Assembly (NCBI GenBank): GCA_030390025.1
Contig: CM059432.1
Span: forward strand, 137,022,001 to 137,086,000
Reading direction: 5' to 3'
Length of the DNA stretch: 64,000 nt
Source of the DNA: Squalus acanthias
Taxonomy: Eukaryota
The translations under genes and the position numbers were made by a program. The stretch's first letter is position 1. Each line of letters opens with the position of its first letter. The notes under the pieces were generated by a model. The model did no database searches, had not been told where the DNA came from, and worked only from the letters and a program-made list of their open reading frames with translations. Positions 23,771 to 38,025 of this stretch are shown piece after piece.

Positions 23771-26329
23771 TTTTATGTTGTGGTACAATCGCTGGTAGTC
23801 TAGAGGAGATGGGGATTTAGTCCAATCATTTGTCTACAAGTGAACCAACATCTGATTCTCGCCAGTTAAAGGAGAGTGGTTGAGTCGACTATATTTACAT
23901 CAAGTTCCTGGTTGTCTACTGTTGCGTGTGTATCTTAGTCTTAGCTCTGGGGGATGGGTAGTTTTGCCATAGATCTCTTACGTTTTGTGGGTGTGATGGG
24001 TGATCTCTGGGTACGTGTCCAGTTTTACTGCCAGTCTAAGCGGATAACCTTCTTGTTTCCATGCTGGTATTTAAAATTCAAACTTTGCATTTGTTTTTGG
24101 AAACCTTCCAACAACTACATGAAACCATTAACAATACTCAAATCAATACTTGACTCCTGGTCGCAATTAAAAAAAAACAGCTAAAAAAAAATGATAAAGT
24201 AATTGCATTTCTAATGGAAATACAGGACATGCCTCTTAATGAGAATATTCATCTAAAAGGAATATTTTTTCTCAGACACCAGATTTTTTTCCCCATGTGT
24301 TCTGCAAGAGCAACTGGATAAAGGGGATATTTTACTCAGCCAAGGGGTGTTGCTATTAACAGGCTCCTATAGCACTGTATTGATTATCAGTTCTTTCAAT
24401 CCCCTAGTGAAGTGACCTTTCACTACACCATTTCTTAAGAACTGACCTCTGATTTGTTTTCCATTCCAAAAAAATCAAACGTTAACAAGGCAAATTTAAT
24501 AATGAGAGTATCATACGTATTTATTTATTAGTATTGGCAAAATTTACTAAAGACATTTGTTACTCTATTGGCAATATTTATACACGATCGTTCTTTTTTA
24601 CCATATGGACTATGTTTTCTACAGAGAGAGTATATTTAGGGTGACATTATTGCTCTAACACTCAAGCATCTAACTCTAGCCTCGAAGATCATTAGTTTGC
24701 GCCCTCGCTTTGACTGGCTTTGAAGGTACTCTCAGTAAGTGTTCTTTGGCGGAGGCGAGGTGGTCAGGACCATAGGAACAGGAGTAGAGCATTCAGATCC
24801 TTGTGCCTGTTCTGCCATTCAATGAGATCACGGCTGATCTGTATCTTAACTCCATCTACCCACCTTGGTTCCATATCCCTTAATACGTTGCCGAACAAGG
24901 ATCTATCAATCGCAGTTTTGACATTTTCAATTGACCTCCTCAGCGGCTTTTTGGGGGAGAGAGTTCCAGATTTCCAGTACTCTTTGTGTGAAGACGTGCT
25001 TCCTGACATCATCCCTTTACAGAAAAAGGTAGCAGGATATTCACAGTACATCACAGAGGCCAAACTGTCCCACTCTTAGAAGGAAGCATAGTGACATAAA
25101 AACAACTAAAACGAGGGAACTACAAATATATTTGGATACAAATTTCTGGCAATGTTGCAACAAAGGCAGGTTGTTACTAATTCTTCAATGTTCCCGTTAC
25201 ACAGTCAGTAATGGCTTAATTAGTCCTGTAATCTGATCTGATATTTTTCTGGCTTATCCTGACCTACTATATATAAAAGACTTTCATTTGCAAAAAGAAT
25301 ACTTTTAAAGAACACTCTTAAAAAGGGAGAAACTGTTTCTACTGCCAGAAGACACAGATTTAAGATAATTGGCAAAAGAAAGCCAGGGGGGAGATGAGGA
25401 GAATTTTTTTTTACGCAGTGACTGTTATGATCTGGAATTCACTGGCTGAAAAGGTGGTGGAAGCAGATTCAATAGTAACTTTCAAAAGAGTATTGGATAA
25501 ATACTTGAAAAGAAAATATTTGCAAGGCTATGGGAAAGAGCAGGGGGAGTGGGACTAATTGGATAGCTCTTTCAAACAGCCGGCACAGGCAAGATAGGCC
25601 GAATGGCCTCCTTCTGTGCTGAATAATTCTATAAGAACAAATTCAAAACCTGCGAGAATACAATTTAAAGATGGTTCTGACAATCTCCTGACACAGCTGC
25701 GAGAATCTGAACTACACTAAAGTGAACCATGAAAGGTGAAAAGTAAATCACGCAATATCCTGAACTGCCATTGGTTGAAGTAGATGCTGCTGCATTGATG
25801 CAGTCATTGTGCTGCTCCCATGGCCAATCAGCCCTGCCTCCTGATTGACGCAAGTATGCCTATAAGGACCCACCTCACTGGTCCTTTCAATAGCCTGCCC
25901 AATCAGGTTACTCAAACGCAGCCGTGTGGACAAGCTACAATTTCAGGAAAAAATTACATTCATGGAAAGAAGAATTCTAATCATAAATAAATATTCCATG
26001 TTAACTGATATTATGCTCTGAAATATCAGAAAAATATCAGATATTCCAAATTTACCCGATTAGTTCTAATTAAACAAAATACGTCATTTTCATATTCTTT
26101 ACATTCTCATGGTGCAGAATTTATCCTTCACCAAAATAGAATAAAGAATGACAAAGAGTAAAGGCATTATAGCAAATCTTAAACTGGAATGATGCAGATC
26201 CACCGTCATATTCCACACAGCGACACTTCATACGCAACATTATATTAGGGAACCCTTATTATATTTAAAGAAAATATATAAAGAATGTCATGAAATATTT
26301 TGGATCTGCCTTGCGGTGGCTTGGAAGAA

Positions 26330-26870
26330 TCTTTGGTTAGACCACACTGGGAGTACTGTGCACAGTTCTGGTCTCCATATTATAAAAAGGATAAAGAGGC
26401 ACTGGAGAAGGTGCAAAAACTATTCAAAAGGATGGCACCAGAACTGAGAGGTTATACTTACCAGGAACGGCTGGAGCTCTTTTCTCTAGAAAAGAGAAGA
26501 TTGAGGGATGACTTGGTAAAGGTCTTTAAGATAATGAAAGGATTTGATAGGGTAGACATAGAGAAAATCTTTCCACTTGTGGGGGAGACCAAAACTCGAG
26601 GTCATCAATATGCGATAGTCACTAATAAATCCAATAGGGAATTCAGGAGAAACTTCTTTACTCAGAGAGTGGTGAGAATGTGGAACTCGCTACCACAGGG
26701 AGTAGTTGAGTATAGATGCATTCACGGGGAAGCTAGATAAACACATAAGGGAGAAAGGAATAGAAGGTTATGCTGATAGGGTTAGATGAAGAGGGGTGGG
26801 AGGAGGCTCGTGTGGAGCACAAACACCGGCATGGACCGAAAGGCCTGTTTCTGTGCTGTAGACTCTATGT
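26330..26870 (+). mobile_element. CR1 LINE 3' fragment
   Basis: LVRPHWEYCAQFWSP...RRNFFTQRVVRMWNSLP. Confidence 0.9.
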
Positions 26871-27104
26871 GACGCTATCCTATTATTCGAACCAACGTAA
26901 TCTTCATGTACAATCCAAATAGAGGTGACAGGACTCTTTATGGGCAGGGGAAACTTTGAGTTGTCACCAGGGAGCTTGGAGCATCCAACAGGGAAATGTC
27001 CTGAATATCAGGTCAGTCAGCTTTGAGAAAGCGTGAAATGCTGAACCAGGAAGGGAGTGAATGGATGCAGTGGGAAGGGAATCCAATCCAGAGGTCACCT
27101 TTAA

Positions 27105-27552
27105 AGAAGGAAAGAACTTGCATTGATATAGCGCCTTTCACAACCTCAGGATGTCCCAAAACACCTCACAGCCAATGGAGTACTTTTTGAAGTATAGTCA
27201 CTGTTGTAATGTAGGTAATGCAGCAGCCAATTGCACAGAGCAAGGTCTCACAAACAGCAATGTGATGGTGATCAGATAATCTCCTTTTTATTGATATAAG
27301 CCAGGAGACCTGGCAGAACTCCCCTGCTCTTCTATCGAAATAGTGCTGTGGGAACTTTTACGTTCACCTGAGGAGGCAGACAGGGCCTCAGTTTAACATT
27401 TCTTCTGAAAGACGGCACCTCCTACAATGCAGCACTCCCTCAGTACTGCACTGGAGTGTCAGCCTGGATTATGTGCACAAGTCTCTGGAGCAGGACTTGA
27501 ACCCACAACCTCCTGACTCAGAGGCAAGAGTGCGACACACAGAGCCACGACT
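27105..27552 (-). mobile_element. Full-length DeuSINE
   Basis: tRNA-like head, Deu-type core and tail. Confidence 0.85.
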
Positions 27553-28057
27553 AAACTTTGGGTACCTCCTTTTCTCCAGGGAGCAGGTGTCGGAATGGTA
27601 GAGGTTTACATTCCTTTGCAGTCTTCAAGGAAGCTTCAGTCAGGACATGGGAAAAATGTTGTTATAGCTATAGAGTGTTTTCCAGTCATTGGATACACAA
27701 GGTTATTTAATACTGACAGCACATTGAGCGATAATATCCTTCAATACAATTTTCGGCCTGCTGCTCAGATTTATGTTCTCCAGGGAGCTTGCTGCAATTT
27801 TCTTCCCTTCCTCTGCAGAAGCTGCTGACTCTCGCTGAGGTGCAGCTGTCTGACATGATCGCGCCCTGCACGTGTGACATTGGACAAGTTAACCATGCAC
27901 AGGGGTGAAAACGGGCAGTGGCAGATGGGACGCCCATTTACAGCCCGCCTGGTTTTCGTTTCCCTGGAAACAGGCAGCCCATCCTCTACCGCCCAATTTC
28001 CATCCAGTTGTAAAAAAGTGGAAATTCACCCTCTGCAATGTCTAATGTCCGAGATGT

Positions 28058-28405
28058 AGAACATTAAGAACATAAGAAATAGGAGCAGGAGTAGGCCATT
28101 CGGCCCCTCGAGCCTGCTCCGCCATTCAATAAGATCATGGCTGATCTTCGACCTCAACTCTACCTTCCCACCCTATCCCCATATCCTTGATTCCCTTAGT
28201 GCCCAAATATCTGTCGATCTCAGTCTTGAATTTGAGCATCCACAGCCCTGTGGGGTAGAGAATTCCAAAGATTCACCACCCTCTGAGCGAATAAATTTCT
28301 CCTCATCTCAGCCCTAAATGGGCGACCCCTTATCCTGAGACTATGAACCCTAGTTCTAGACTCTCCAGCCAGGGGAAACAACCTCTCAGCATCTACCTTG
28401 CCATG
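28058..28405 (-). mobile_element. CR1 3' tail
   Basis: (TTCTTATG)n-type terminus on minus strand; similar to 16118-16450. Confidence 0.8.
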
Positions 28406-28834
28406 CCCTTAATGGTGTTGACACTTGGGCTATCTGACTTTGGGTGGCATCGCGGCCAAGCCCAATCTTGTTCCCACCCGCTGTCCGTACACACAGCTTT
28501 CCAACAGATAGCAATCAACAGTGGGGGGAACCTGTTTGGCTTTTCCTTTCCACAGCCCCAGGGTCAATGTGCCCAAGAGTAGCCTTCCTGCCACTGTACT
28601 GCAATCAGCTACCTCAGCACAGACCACACTTCCCTGGGTGTGCGGCTCAGTTTCATGCTCAGTGGACTCTTTACCAATAAAACCTTTGGGGGGAGTCGTA
28701 AACTGCTTCAGAAAAATAACGTGGGCTGCAGAAAATTGTCAAGAGTGCCAGAGAATGACCCAAACCTCATAGACTGCGCTCGCTAGTTTTGTTGGGGCTT
28801 AGTGATGCTGATGAAAAAACGGTTTGTTCTTGAT

Positions 28835-29268
28835 TTTCTTTTAGTATTCATTCTCAGGATGTGGGTGTCGCTGGCATTTATTGTCCATCCTTAGTTGCCC
28901 TGAGAAGGTGGTGGTGGGCTTTCTTCTTGAACCACTGGTAGCGATGTTTTTGATCCAACTGAGTCTTGCTGGGCCACTTCAAAGGACAGTTAAGAGACAA
29001 CCACATTGGTGTGGGACTGGAGTCACATATAGGCCCAGACCAGGTAAGGACGGCAGGTTTCCATCTCTAAAGGACATCAGTGAACCAATTGGGTTTTTAA
29101 AACAATCCGACGGCTTCATGGTCACTTTTACTGATACATGCTTTTTATTTTGAACTGAATTCAAATTGTCAAACTGCCATGGTGGGATTTGAAATTATAT
29201 TCGCTGGATTATTAGTCCAGGCCTCTGATTACCTGTCCAGTAATGTAACCACTACAATACTGTACTCG
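28835..29268 (-). mobile_element. tRNA-headed SINE sharing its 3' tail with CR1 family B (degenerate copy at 7010-7290)
   Basis: 28850-28935 matches the family B LINE tail; opposite end has TTCAAATCCCACCA B-box-like head. Confidence 0.65.
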
Positions 29269-29589
29269 GGGATTTTGATTCTTTATGTACTAATGAAAAG
29301 GGCAAAGGTGTACCATCAAATCCTGAAGACTTCATAAATCTCGGTGGTTTAAACCTATTTCTATTTAGGAATATAGGAACAGGAGTAGGCCATTTCGCCC
29401 CTCGAGCCTGTTCTGTCATTCAATGAGATCATGGCTGATCTGGGACCTAACTCCATATACCCGCCTTTGCCCCATATCCCTTTATACCTTTGGTTAACAA
29501 AAAGCTATCAATCTCAGATTTAAAATTAACAATTGATCTAGCATCAATTGCCGTTTGTGGAAGAGAATTCCAAACTTCTACCACCTTTT

Positions 29590-31242
29590 GGCCGTGATTT
29601 TATTAACCTCGGTGGGTCCGGTGCGGCCAGGTAATTAACAGGCAGAAAATAGGATTATCCCCTTTTTTCTCTCACAAGTGCAGGCTTTCCGAAGGCTCCA
29701 AAACCTGCCAACTCAGCAAGGCGAGTACTGGGTCTGCGAGGGTCAGGGGGGTGGGGGGCAGGGTGCAAAAGTGTGCTGTGAAGGTAAGTGATGGGTGCAA
29801 GAGTGTAGAGGTGAGTATCTGAGGTAAGTGCAAAGTGTTTTTAAAAGTGCACTTACCTTTGTTTCTTCCTGCAGGCTTCAGTCGGTTTGTATGCGAAGAG
29901 TCTCGGACCTCCGTGTTGCAGATGAGAGATGGCCGTTGCATTCTCAGATGCAACAACCATCTAATTTCTGTAAAAGAAGAAAGTTTGATGAGGTCTTGAA
30001 TGCAAGACCTCATCAAACTGCAGAGAATGTCATTGTTTGACAGCTTCACAGAGAGCTGTCAAACGATGACAATTCATCTGTCAAAAATTTTTGACAGATG
30101 AAGCGTCATACGTTGACGTTCCCTGCAGCCGGCTTTCCCTTAATTGGCCTGCTAAACCCGCTGGGTGGGCTTAACAAGGTTAATCAAGATAAAATAGCGT
30201 GGGTTGGCCACAAATCGATGGAGGCGGGACATCGACCCGACAAGCAGCAGTCCCGCCTGCAACGTCGCCCCCATTAACAAAATCGTCCCCCATTATTTTC
30301 AACACTTTGCGTTCTTGGAAAGATTTGTGTGCACCTTTGGAAGTGGCTCAGTGAGTTGAAGTGAATGGTGAGATATAATGGTACCCCCTGCAATGGTGAT
30401 GAGTGTGAAAGGAATGGCTTGGGCATTGTAGGGATGCTTTATGGTGTTGCTGTGGGGTGGTGCCAACCTGGCATATCATGTGGCAGCCAGGGTGTACAGC
30501 GTCAAGTGAAGTAAATCTGGCCATGGTGAGGCCATCCCTGGCCTCCCAGGCAGCAATGTGGTCGGGTGCTGATGCCCTGTGCCCTGTGCAGCATCAGTTG
30601 ATTGTGGAGAAGGTTGGTGTTGTTGTTGGTGCTGCTGGTGTGCCTGGTGCTGCTGGTGTTGGAGCTGATTGTGGTGGGATTCTGAGGACCAAGGTGAGAG
30701 AGTTTCAAGGGCACCGATGCTGATGGAATAGATGGCAGGTGAAGTAGAGATGACAGAAGCGATCTGTCAATGGCCAGAGAGGTAATGAGGTCAGACAGGA
30801 TGAGACTTGTATAAAGACTTGCAGCATGGTGAATCTGTTGTGGAAATGCAGTGAGAAAGAGCCTGTGGCTGAGGAAAGATATCTCTGTCAGGTGGTAGCT
30901 TTTACTGTACATTTGAAGCTGTCAACTCATCAGCTGATTCAATGACCACTGAACTCCTGCCTCAGCTTCACAGACGTGGTGTAGCAACAACGTGAAACCC
31001 GTGGGCGAGCTGTCAAATTCAAAAGGTCAGTTTAAAACCATTGTTAAGTGGCTGTAAACAAGCCACTAATCATTTAAATTGGCTCCCCCGCCGCTGCGTG
31101 CCGGGTCTGCTCAGCGTTGACAGACCCAACATTGGGAAAGGCACATGGTGACGGGTTCACAGCGGGGTCCCGACCAGCTGGGGAAGAGAAGCACTTTCCC
31201 ACCCGACCAGCCACCAATCGGGCCCGCCGGAAAATCTTGGCC
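29590..31242. mobile_element. Composite Harbinger-type element inserted in a CR1 tail; contains a family X copy (29625-30291)
   Basis: TIR GGCCGTGATTTT / AAAATCTTGGCC, TSD TTT; the CR1 tail stops at 29589 and resumes at 31243. Confidence 0.8.
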
Positions 31243-31351
31243 TTTGTGTATAGAAGTGTTTCTTGACTTCACTCCTGAAAGGCCTGGCTCTAATTTTTAG
31301 ATTATGTCCCCTATTTCACGTGATTGGTTAAAGCAAATTACAAATGATAAT

Positions 31352-32115
31352 GGCCCAGAAATTTGACTCGGAGGCTTGCCGCGGGGGTAAGGATCGCGCG
31401 CGATATCACACTCCGCGCCGGCCGTTGTGTTTTGGGCCCACAGGAACTTCGGGTCCTGGGCCTCTCCCTAGTGCCGGCGCGCAGTGTATGCGTGTCCCAG
31501 GGGCGCAGTTAGTGCGATGCGACCTCTGGGATCACGTGGGCCATGGAGAGCCAATGGCAGCACACCATCTTTCATTCATAGATTTGACAGGAGACCTGTC
31601 AAATCTGTGAATTGAAAGAGACCCCAAAAGAACAGCTAAACCTCAAATAATTTTTTTTAAAAACCATCACATTAATAAAATAACTATAGTTCAATAAATT
31701 AAACACTTTAAACAAAAATTTTAATTTTTGAAAAAATTAAATTTCTTTTTAAAAGTTATAAAAATAAACTTACCTTTCTTTAAAGTCTCTAAAAAAGATA
31801 AACCTGTTGAAAAAAATTAAAAATTATACTTAATTAACTACTTACCTTGTTCAAAAGGGGTCTTACGCCTCCTTTTTTCTTGTGTAAAATCTTCCATACT
31901 TACCCTCGCGTTGAAACCTGAAAAAAAACCTAAGTGCGCTGAGTGCGCGCAGCCTCTAGTGTGCACGCAGTTCACCTAGGAACCGCCCCCCTCGCCATAC
32001 CGGAAGTGCTGGTTTCCCGCGCGTGCGCAGTGCATGCAGGAAACCGGCACTTCGGGAACGAATACGGGTGAGTACGCACTGAGTACTCTCCCGTTCTCGG
32101 CCGAATTTTTGGGCC
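31352..32115. mobile_element. Non-autonomous Harbinger-type element (family Y)
   Basis: TIR GGCCCAGAAATT / AATTTTTGGGCC; TSD AAT/AAT. Confidence 0.85.
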
Positions 32116-33294
32116 AATGTCTTGCTGCCTGGAACTTGAACAAAACTTTTTCAACTGTGTTGCAGAAACCAATACAGTGTTGTTTTTTTAAAGCAAGTTA
32201 AAGGAATAAAAGGCCACTTAACTTTTGATGTTGTTGAGTTACTACTGTGCATTCAACCAGAAAAAATCAATTGACAGTGTCCTGCTCCTTCACGTAAACA
32301 ATTTCTCTGTACATGCTATGCAGTATATCCGGCAGCTGGTGTACTACAATCTAAATGTAACACATTAAGCAGTGTATATATCTCACAGAATTGTCACGCC
32401 ATCAAATGCATGGACCTCTTGTGTAGCAGCAGTGAACAGTGGATTTAATGCCCTAGTTCAGCAAAGTGTCATGTTCACTGCACTGACCTCCCCCATATCC
32501 ACCTCTCCCCCATCCCTCCCCTTGACTCGGTACGAAACATCTACCATCAACAAAGACTTCTCACATTTTGCAAGTTGCTTTCTATCCTTTGAAGGCGAGT
32601 TCCAGTATCAAAACAAACTGCTATCAATTCTTAAAACGCTATTTCAATACATTTTTATTTCATTACAACCCTAAACGACCCCAAAAATCAAAGAAAATTC
32701 CTTATAAAAGATTCTCCTAAGAAGCAAATCACGTCATAAACACTACAACTGTCGACATTATCTGTTTATGCCGTGAGACAGTCGCATGAAAGTAGGTGCC
32801 GCTTGTAGATTGGTACAATGCTGCCATCCTGTGATCACACTGGGAAGGTACGAATATAGGAGCAATGATGGACAGGAAAAGCACCCACTGGTCCACCCAG
32901 CCTGTCCCGCACAATTTGTGATACCTTGTGCATCACGATATACACACTGTCCACCCCACCCGAAACCGTGTGATCTCCTGGGAGAGGTGAAACAAACAGA
33001 TAAAAACTCAGGCCTATTTTGGGGGGGGGGTGCGGAATCCTCTCCGACCCCCTTAGGCGATGGAAACTAGTCCAGGAGATCACTCTGGCCCGGATCATTT
33101 TATGCTGTAACTACTTTTTTGTACGAGGTGATCTCTGCCCCAGACAGAAACAGGCCCAGCTCTCACTTGAAGGAGTTCAGCGGATCAGCGCCCACCGCAC
33201 GAGCCTGTTCCACTATTCTCTGGGAATAGAACCACCTCCTGACATCTAACCTAGATATGGCCTTACACAGCTTAACATTATGAATAATAATATC

Positions 33295-33430
33295 CTGATG
33301 AAGGGTCCCAGACCTGAAACGTTAACTCTGTTTCTCTCTCCACGGATGCTGCCTGGCCTGCTGAGTATTTCCAGCATTTTCTGTTGTTATTTCAGATTTC
33401 CAGCATCCGCAGTATTTTGCTACTGTTTTA
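33295..33430 (+). mobile_element. Penelope-like terminal fragment with hammerhead core, inserted in a CR1 tail
   Basis: CTGATGA-A-GGGTC-CCA-GACCT-GAAAC-GTT-AACT; ATTATGA present on both sides. Confidence 0.7.
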
Positions 33431-33794
33431 ATATTATGACCCCTGGTCCTCCCTAACCTATTTAATTGGAACAAACTGTCCACTCGAACGCAATCTATTT
33501 GCTTCATCATCTTGCAAAACTCGATTGAATCAACCCTAAGTCTAATGTCGGGAGATTTTCCTGGATCTGTGTCCAGGCGTACTGGATTGCTGGATACGGC
33601 CAATATTGGAAAATTGGGCAGGCCTGTTAAGGAATCTACCTGATATTCCTTCCATTCATTTAAATAGCCATGGAATTCCATGCAGCTTCTCCTGGTATCG
33701 CATTGTAACTCTGGCAGGACACTGGAGTCAACTCCCAAAGAAACAGTCATTTTTCAGTCGTGCTTCCCAAAATCAGGAGTTTGTTTTTATTAGA

Positions 33795-34245
33795 ACAAAC
33801 AACTACTTTCATTTTTATAGTGCCTTTAATGTAGTAAAATGTGCCAAGGCGCTTCACAGGAGCGATTATCAGACAAAATTTACACCGAGCCACACAAGGA
33901 GATATGAGGACAGATGACCAAAAGCTTGGTCAAAGAGATGGGTTTTAGGAAGTGGCTTAAAGGAGCAGAGAGAGGTAGAGAGGTGGAAAGGTTTAGAGAG
34001 TGAATTCCAGAGTTTAGGGCCTAGAAAGAAAGAAAGACTTGCATTTATATAGCGCCTTTCACGACCACCGGACGTCTCAAAGCGCTTTACAACCAATTAA
34101 GTACTTTTTTGAAGTGTGATAATGACCAGATAATCTGTTTTTGTTATGTTGGTTGAGGGATAGGCAGCTGAAGGCACGGCCGCCAATGGTGGAGCGAATA
34201 AAATCAGGGATGCGCAAGAGGCCAAAGCTGGAGGATGGCAGAGAA
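33795..34245 (-). mobile_element. L2 3' end interrupted by a DeuSINE tail (34023-34163)
   Basis: GGGCCTAG|...|GCAGCTGAAGGC is contiguous in other L2 copies. Confidence 0.8.
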
Positions 34246-35806
34246 GGATAGTAGGAGCTTTGATAAAAGGGTGTTCAAAATTATGGGATTTTTATCAAGA
34301 AATTATAACACGGAATCAGGCCGTTCAGCCCAACCAGTCTGTGTTAATGTTTATCCTGTATATGAGCAGTAGTCCTAATCCCATGTACCCATCCTGTTCC
34401 CATATCCCTTTATCCCCCTGTCCTTCTACCACCTATCTAACCTATTCCTAAATGTTGACCTGGGTCTCTGCTGGTTGGAGAGTCAAAAACTAGCGGGCGT
34501 AAAATTAAGCTCATCAACAAGAGATCAAAAGGTGAGGTTAGGAGCTTATTTTTATTTTACACAGAGGGTGTTAGGACATGGAATATCCTACCAGAACCAG
34601 TGGGGGATTAGGAATCCACAATATAACTTTTAAAAAGGAAGTGCATGTATATCTTTAAAGGGTTTGGGGGGAAAGGGCTAAGGAATGGGGCTAAGTGGAG
34701 AATTTTTTCTGAGGACATGATTGGCAAAGTGGCCTCCTGTGTTGTAGGGTTCGATGATTCTATGTATCCTGGCTATTGTTTTACAAGGCAATGATATCAA
34801 AATGACCAGAAGCTATCATACACCACGAGAGCAAAACCTGAGCAGTTTACCAACATTATTTGAACCCCAGTCTTTGAAATGCGTCTTAGTCAGTGCTATC
34901 CTATATTACGTTTATGAGTTTATTTTACCAGGGACAGATATCAAAACTGACAGTGACGAACAGTGTGCTACCATGGATTGAGATCAGGTTCCATTTCACT
35001 GCATATTACAGGAGAATATTATATCCTATATAACGCACGGGGAGATGGATGTCTAACAATGAGTTACGTTCAGTCAAGATATTTAATGTTGTCATGAATC
35101 GTGGGAGTAAAATAAAGAACTTGAGGCAACAGCAGCACACACCAGCACTGATGCAATGACGTTACCTCACCCTACACAGCCTTCCATACAGAGCGTGTTA
35201 AGGCGTGCAGCACCAAATACGGAAGGAGGAATCAAACTATTCCGAGAAAGCTATACATGATGGAGGTTGGCACCACCTGGGTTTCTAAACATAATTCATC
35301 ACATGAGGCTAGAAATTACTGTCAGCAATGTTACTGCACGATCGCTTAATGGGTCGGAATTTGCTGGAACGTTGCATTGGGCCACGAACACCCTAAGTTA
35401 GAACGTTGTATGCCCTGAACCTTGCAGTGGCGAATTTATGCCAACATTTGCTGGAGAACTCATTAAAATACGTCACAGCGAGGAAAGTGGCGATTGGGAA
35501 GCATCGCAGCCAATGGCCAAGGTATTGATCCCTTCCCGCTAACGGCTAAAGAGCTAAGAAGATACAGGCAATCTCCAGTTAGGACACCATGTGGTATTAA
35601 ATTAATAATTTGGCTGTTTATCCAAAGTTAAAGGTTAAACAATAAAGCATAAATGATTAATGAGAGCTGGATATCTGCTGCGAACTGCAGGAATCTGATC
35701 AGAAAGAGTGACCTGGAAGTACTCAGGAGATGCCTGCAGACCTACTACCAACTCATTTCAAATCCTGTATTCCAGATAGGGTAAATGAACCATTCAATCC
35801 TAGCTT

Positions 35807-36278
35807 CCTAGGCCCAACTATCTTCAGCTGAAGGTCAGACGTGCGGCTGCCCAGTGTTCAGCTCCATTCACAACTCCTCAGATAATGAGGCAGTCCACAC
35901 TCGCATGCAGCAAGGCCTGGACAACATCCAGGCTTGGGCTGATAAGTGGCAACCAACATTCATGATACACAAGTGCCAGGCAATGACCATCTCCAACAAG
36001 AGAGTTTACAACCACCTCCCCTTGACATTCAATGGTAGTACCATCGCCGAATCCCTCACCATCAACATCCTGGGGGGTCACCATTGACCAGAAACTCAAC
36101 TGGACCAGCCACATAAATACTATGGTAACGAGAGCAGGTCAGAGGCTGGGAATTCTGCGGCGAGTGTCTCACCTCCTGACTCCCCAAAGCCTTTCCACCA
36201 TCTACAAGGCACAAGTCAGGAGTGTGGTGGAATACTCTCCACTTGCCTGGATGGTTGCAGCTACAACAACACTCAAGA
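35807..36278 (+). mobile_element. CR1 family B internal fragment
   Basis: WADKWQ...YKAQVRSVVEYSP. Confidence 0.85.
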
Positions 36279-37105
36279 CTTTGAGGAGGCTCTTCAAATG
36301 AAGCTGGGTTTTTTTTTAGGTCCATAGGCACTAGTAGACATGCTTTAAATATAAAAAAAAAAGTGTACACCAATGAAACTAGTAAATGGTTCTGGAAAGT
36401 GTTTTCAGGTTATTTTTTGTGCTAAACCCATTTTCAGCTGTATTATTCCAACTGCACCAAGTTACCACTCTTAAATACATAAAGGAATATTTTTCAATGT
36501 AAGGGGGTTCATGGAAGATTTTATGGCCTGGAATTTGCGGCCAGCGGCAAAGCAAAGGCATTTGCCGCTGGCCCCGAAGAAAGCTGCCCGCAAAGATCTT
36601 GCAATCTCTGTGGCGAGAGGTTTGCCTTTTCCGACGCGCAAGAGATTGCTGCGCTCTATAGTGGGGAATCCCTAACGCGATCTGCTGTGACGTCAACAAG
36701 CTGTTTGAGCAGCCAATCACGATGCAGAATTCTCACAGACAGGGAGGCAGGAAATGAGAACCTGCTTTTATCCCGACTTTCTAAAAATGTTGCAGAGAGC
36801 AGAACAAAGATTGGGGCTCCCACATGGGGATAAGTTAGAACCTAAAATAATCATGAACAAACTTTAAAAATATATAAAACAATATTTTCAACGATTCTTA
36901 AAAATTGTAATTTTTATCACAATGGAGAAATTTGATGCTCCACAAAATTAAAATTAGTTTTTCAGGGCCATAACCCTTCTTTAGCAGTCAATACATTGTT
37001 AAAACTCCAGTTATACCTAATCTAACAAGACCATTTAATGGGGTATTTAACAGCGATATTACTGCAGAAAAGCTCAAGTTTTCATCAATTTCACTGATTT
37101 CACTG

Positions 37106-37745
37106 ATTACACTGATTGTCGGCTATGGGGGTGGGGGTTGACGGGGTGTGCACAGCACAGCCTGTGTCGGAGCAGTGAATGACTGACCACAACTTCAGGA
37201 TTTCCGAGTTTAAATGCGTGTGTGCTAATTCCTGAAGATATGGGGGGGAAAATTCAGTACCTCAGTGCCTCCCGTTAGCGGCAGCAGATGGCAGTAACGG
37301 GGCGCCGATGCAGTAGCGCCGGGGTAAGGTGAATCCAGCACCGCACGGCAAATTCAGCTCCCCCCCACCGCCGCCCCATTGCGCCGCCGGTACAAGGTAC
37401 CGCTGGGGACTTCAACGCCAGGCAGATTGTGATGTCAGTGAGCGTACAACTGGCGGCGCAATGGTGGGGGCCGGATTTGCCATGCGGCACTGGATTCACC
37501 TCGCCCCGGCATTACTGCATCAGTGCCCCATTACCACCATCTGCTGGTGCTAACGGGAGGTGCCAAGGTACCGAATTTCCCCCCCCATATCTTCAGGATG
37601 TAGCGCACATGCATCTAAATGCGGAAATCCTGAAGCTGTGGTCAGTCAGTCACTGCTCCGACACAGGCTGTGCTGTGCACACCCCGTCACCCCCACCACC
37701 CTCCCTCTCCCACCCCCGCCCCAGCCCGGCAACAATCAGTGTAAT
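37106..37745. repeat. ~640-bp inverted repeat (foldback); arms ~290 bp, loop ~50 bp
   Basis: GACGGGGTGTGCACAGCACAGCCTGTGTCGGAGCAGTGA at 37140 and its reverse complement ending at 37688; pairing continues inward to about 37393/37444. Confidence 0.92.
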
Positions 37746-38025
37746 GCTCACTGACCACCTACCTTCGCGCCTCGACTAAACAGCAACAGGGAGAGCTGGC
37801 GTGAAGCAGCCGGAAGCTGGCTCCAGGGTCATTATTTAAAGGGAATATAAGTAATGATTTGCAGCTATAGGTTAATGGAGTTTCAGGGTTTTCTTGTCAG
37901 TTTCACATTGTGTAACAGTTTAATTCAGTAATTTAAAAGTTATTTTGTATCAGGAGTGTTGTGGGAACTAAAAAGTAGCTACATTTATTCTTTAAAAAAT
38001 CAATCCGCTACACTTGGTTACATTA

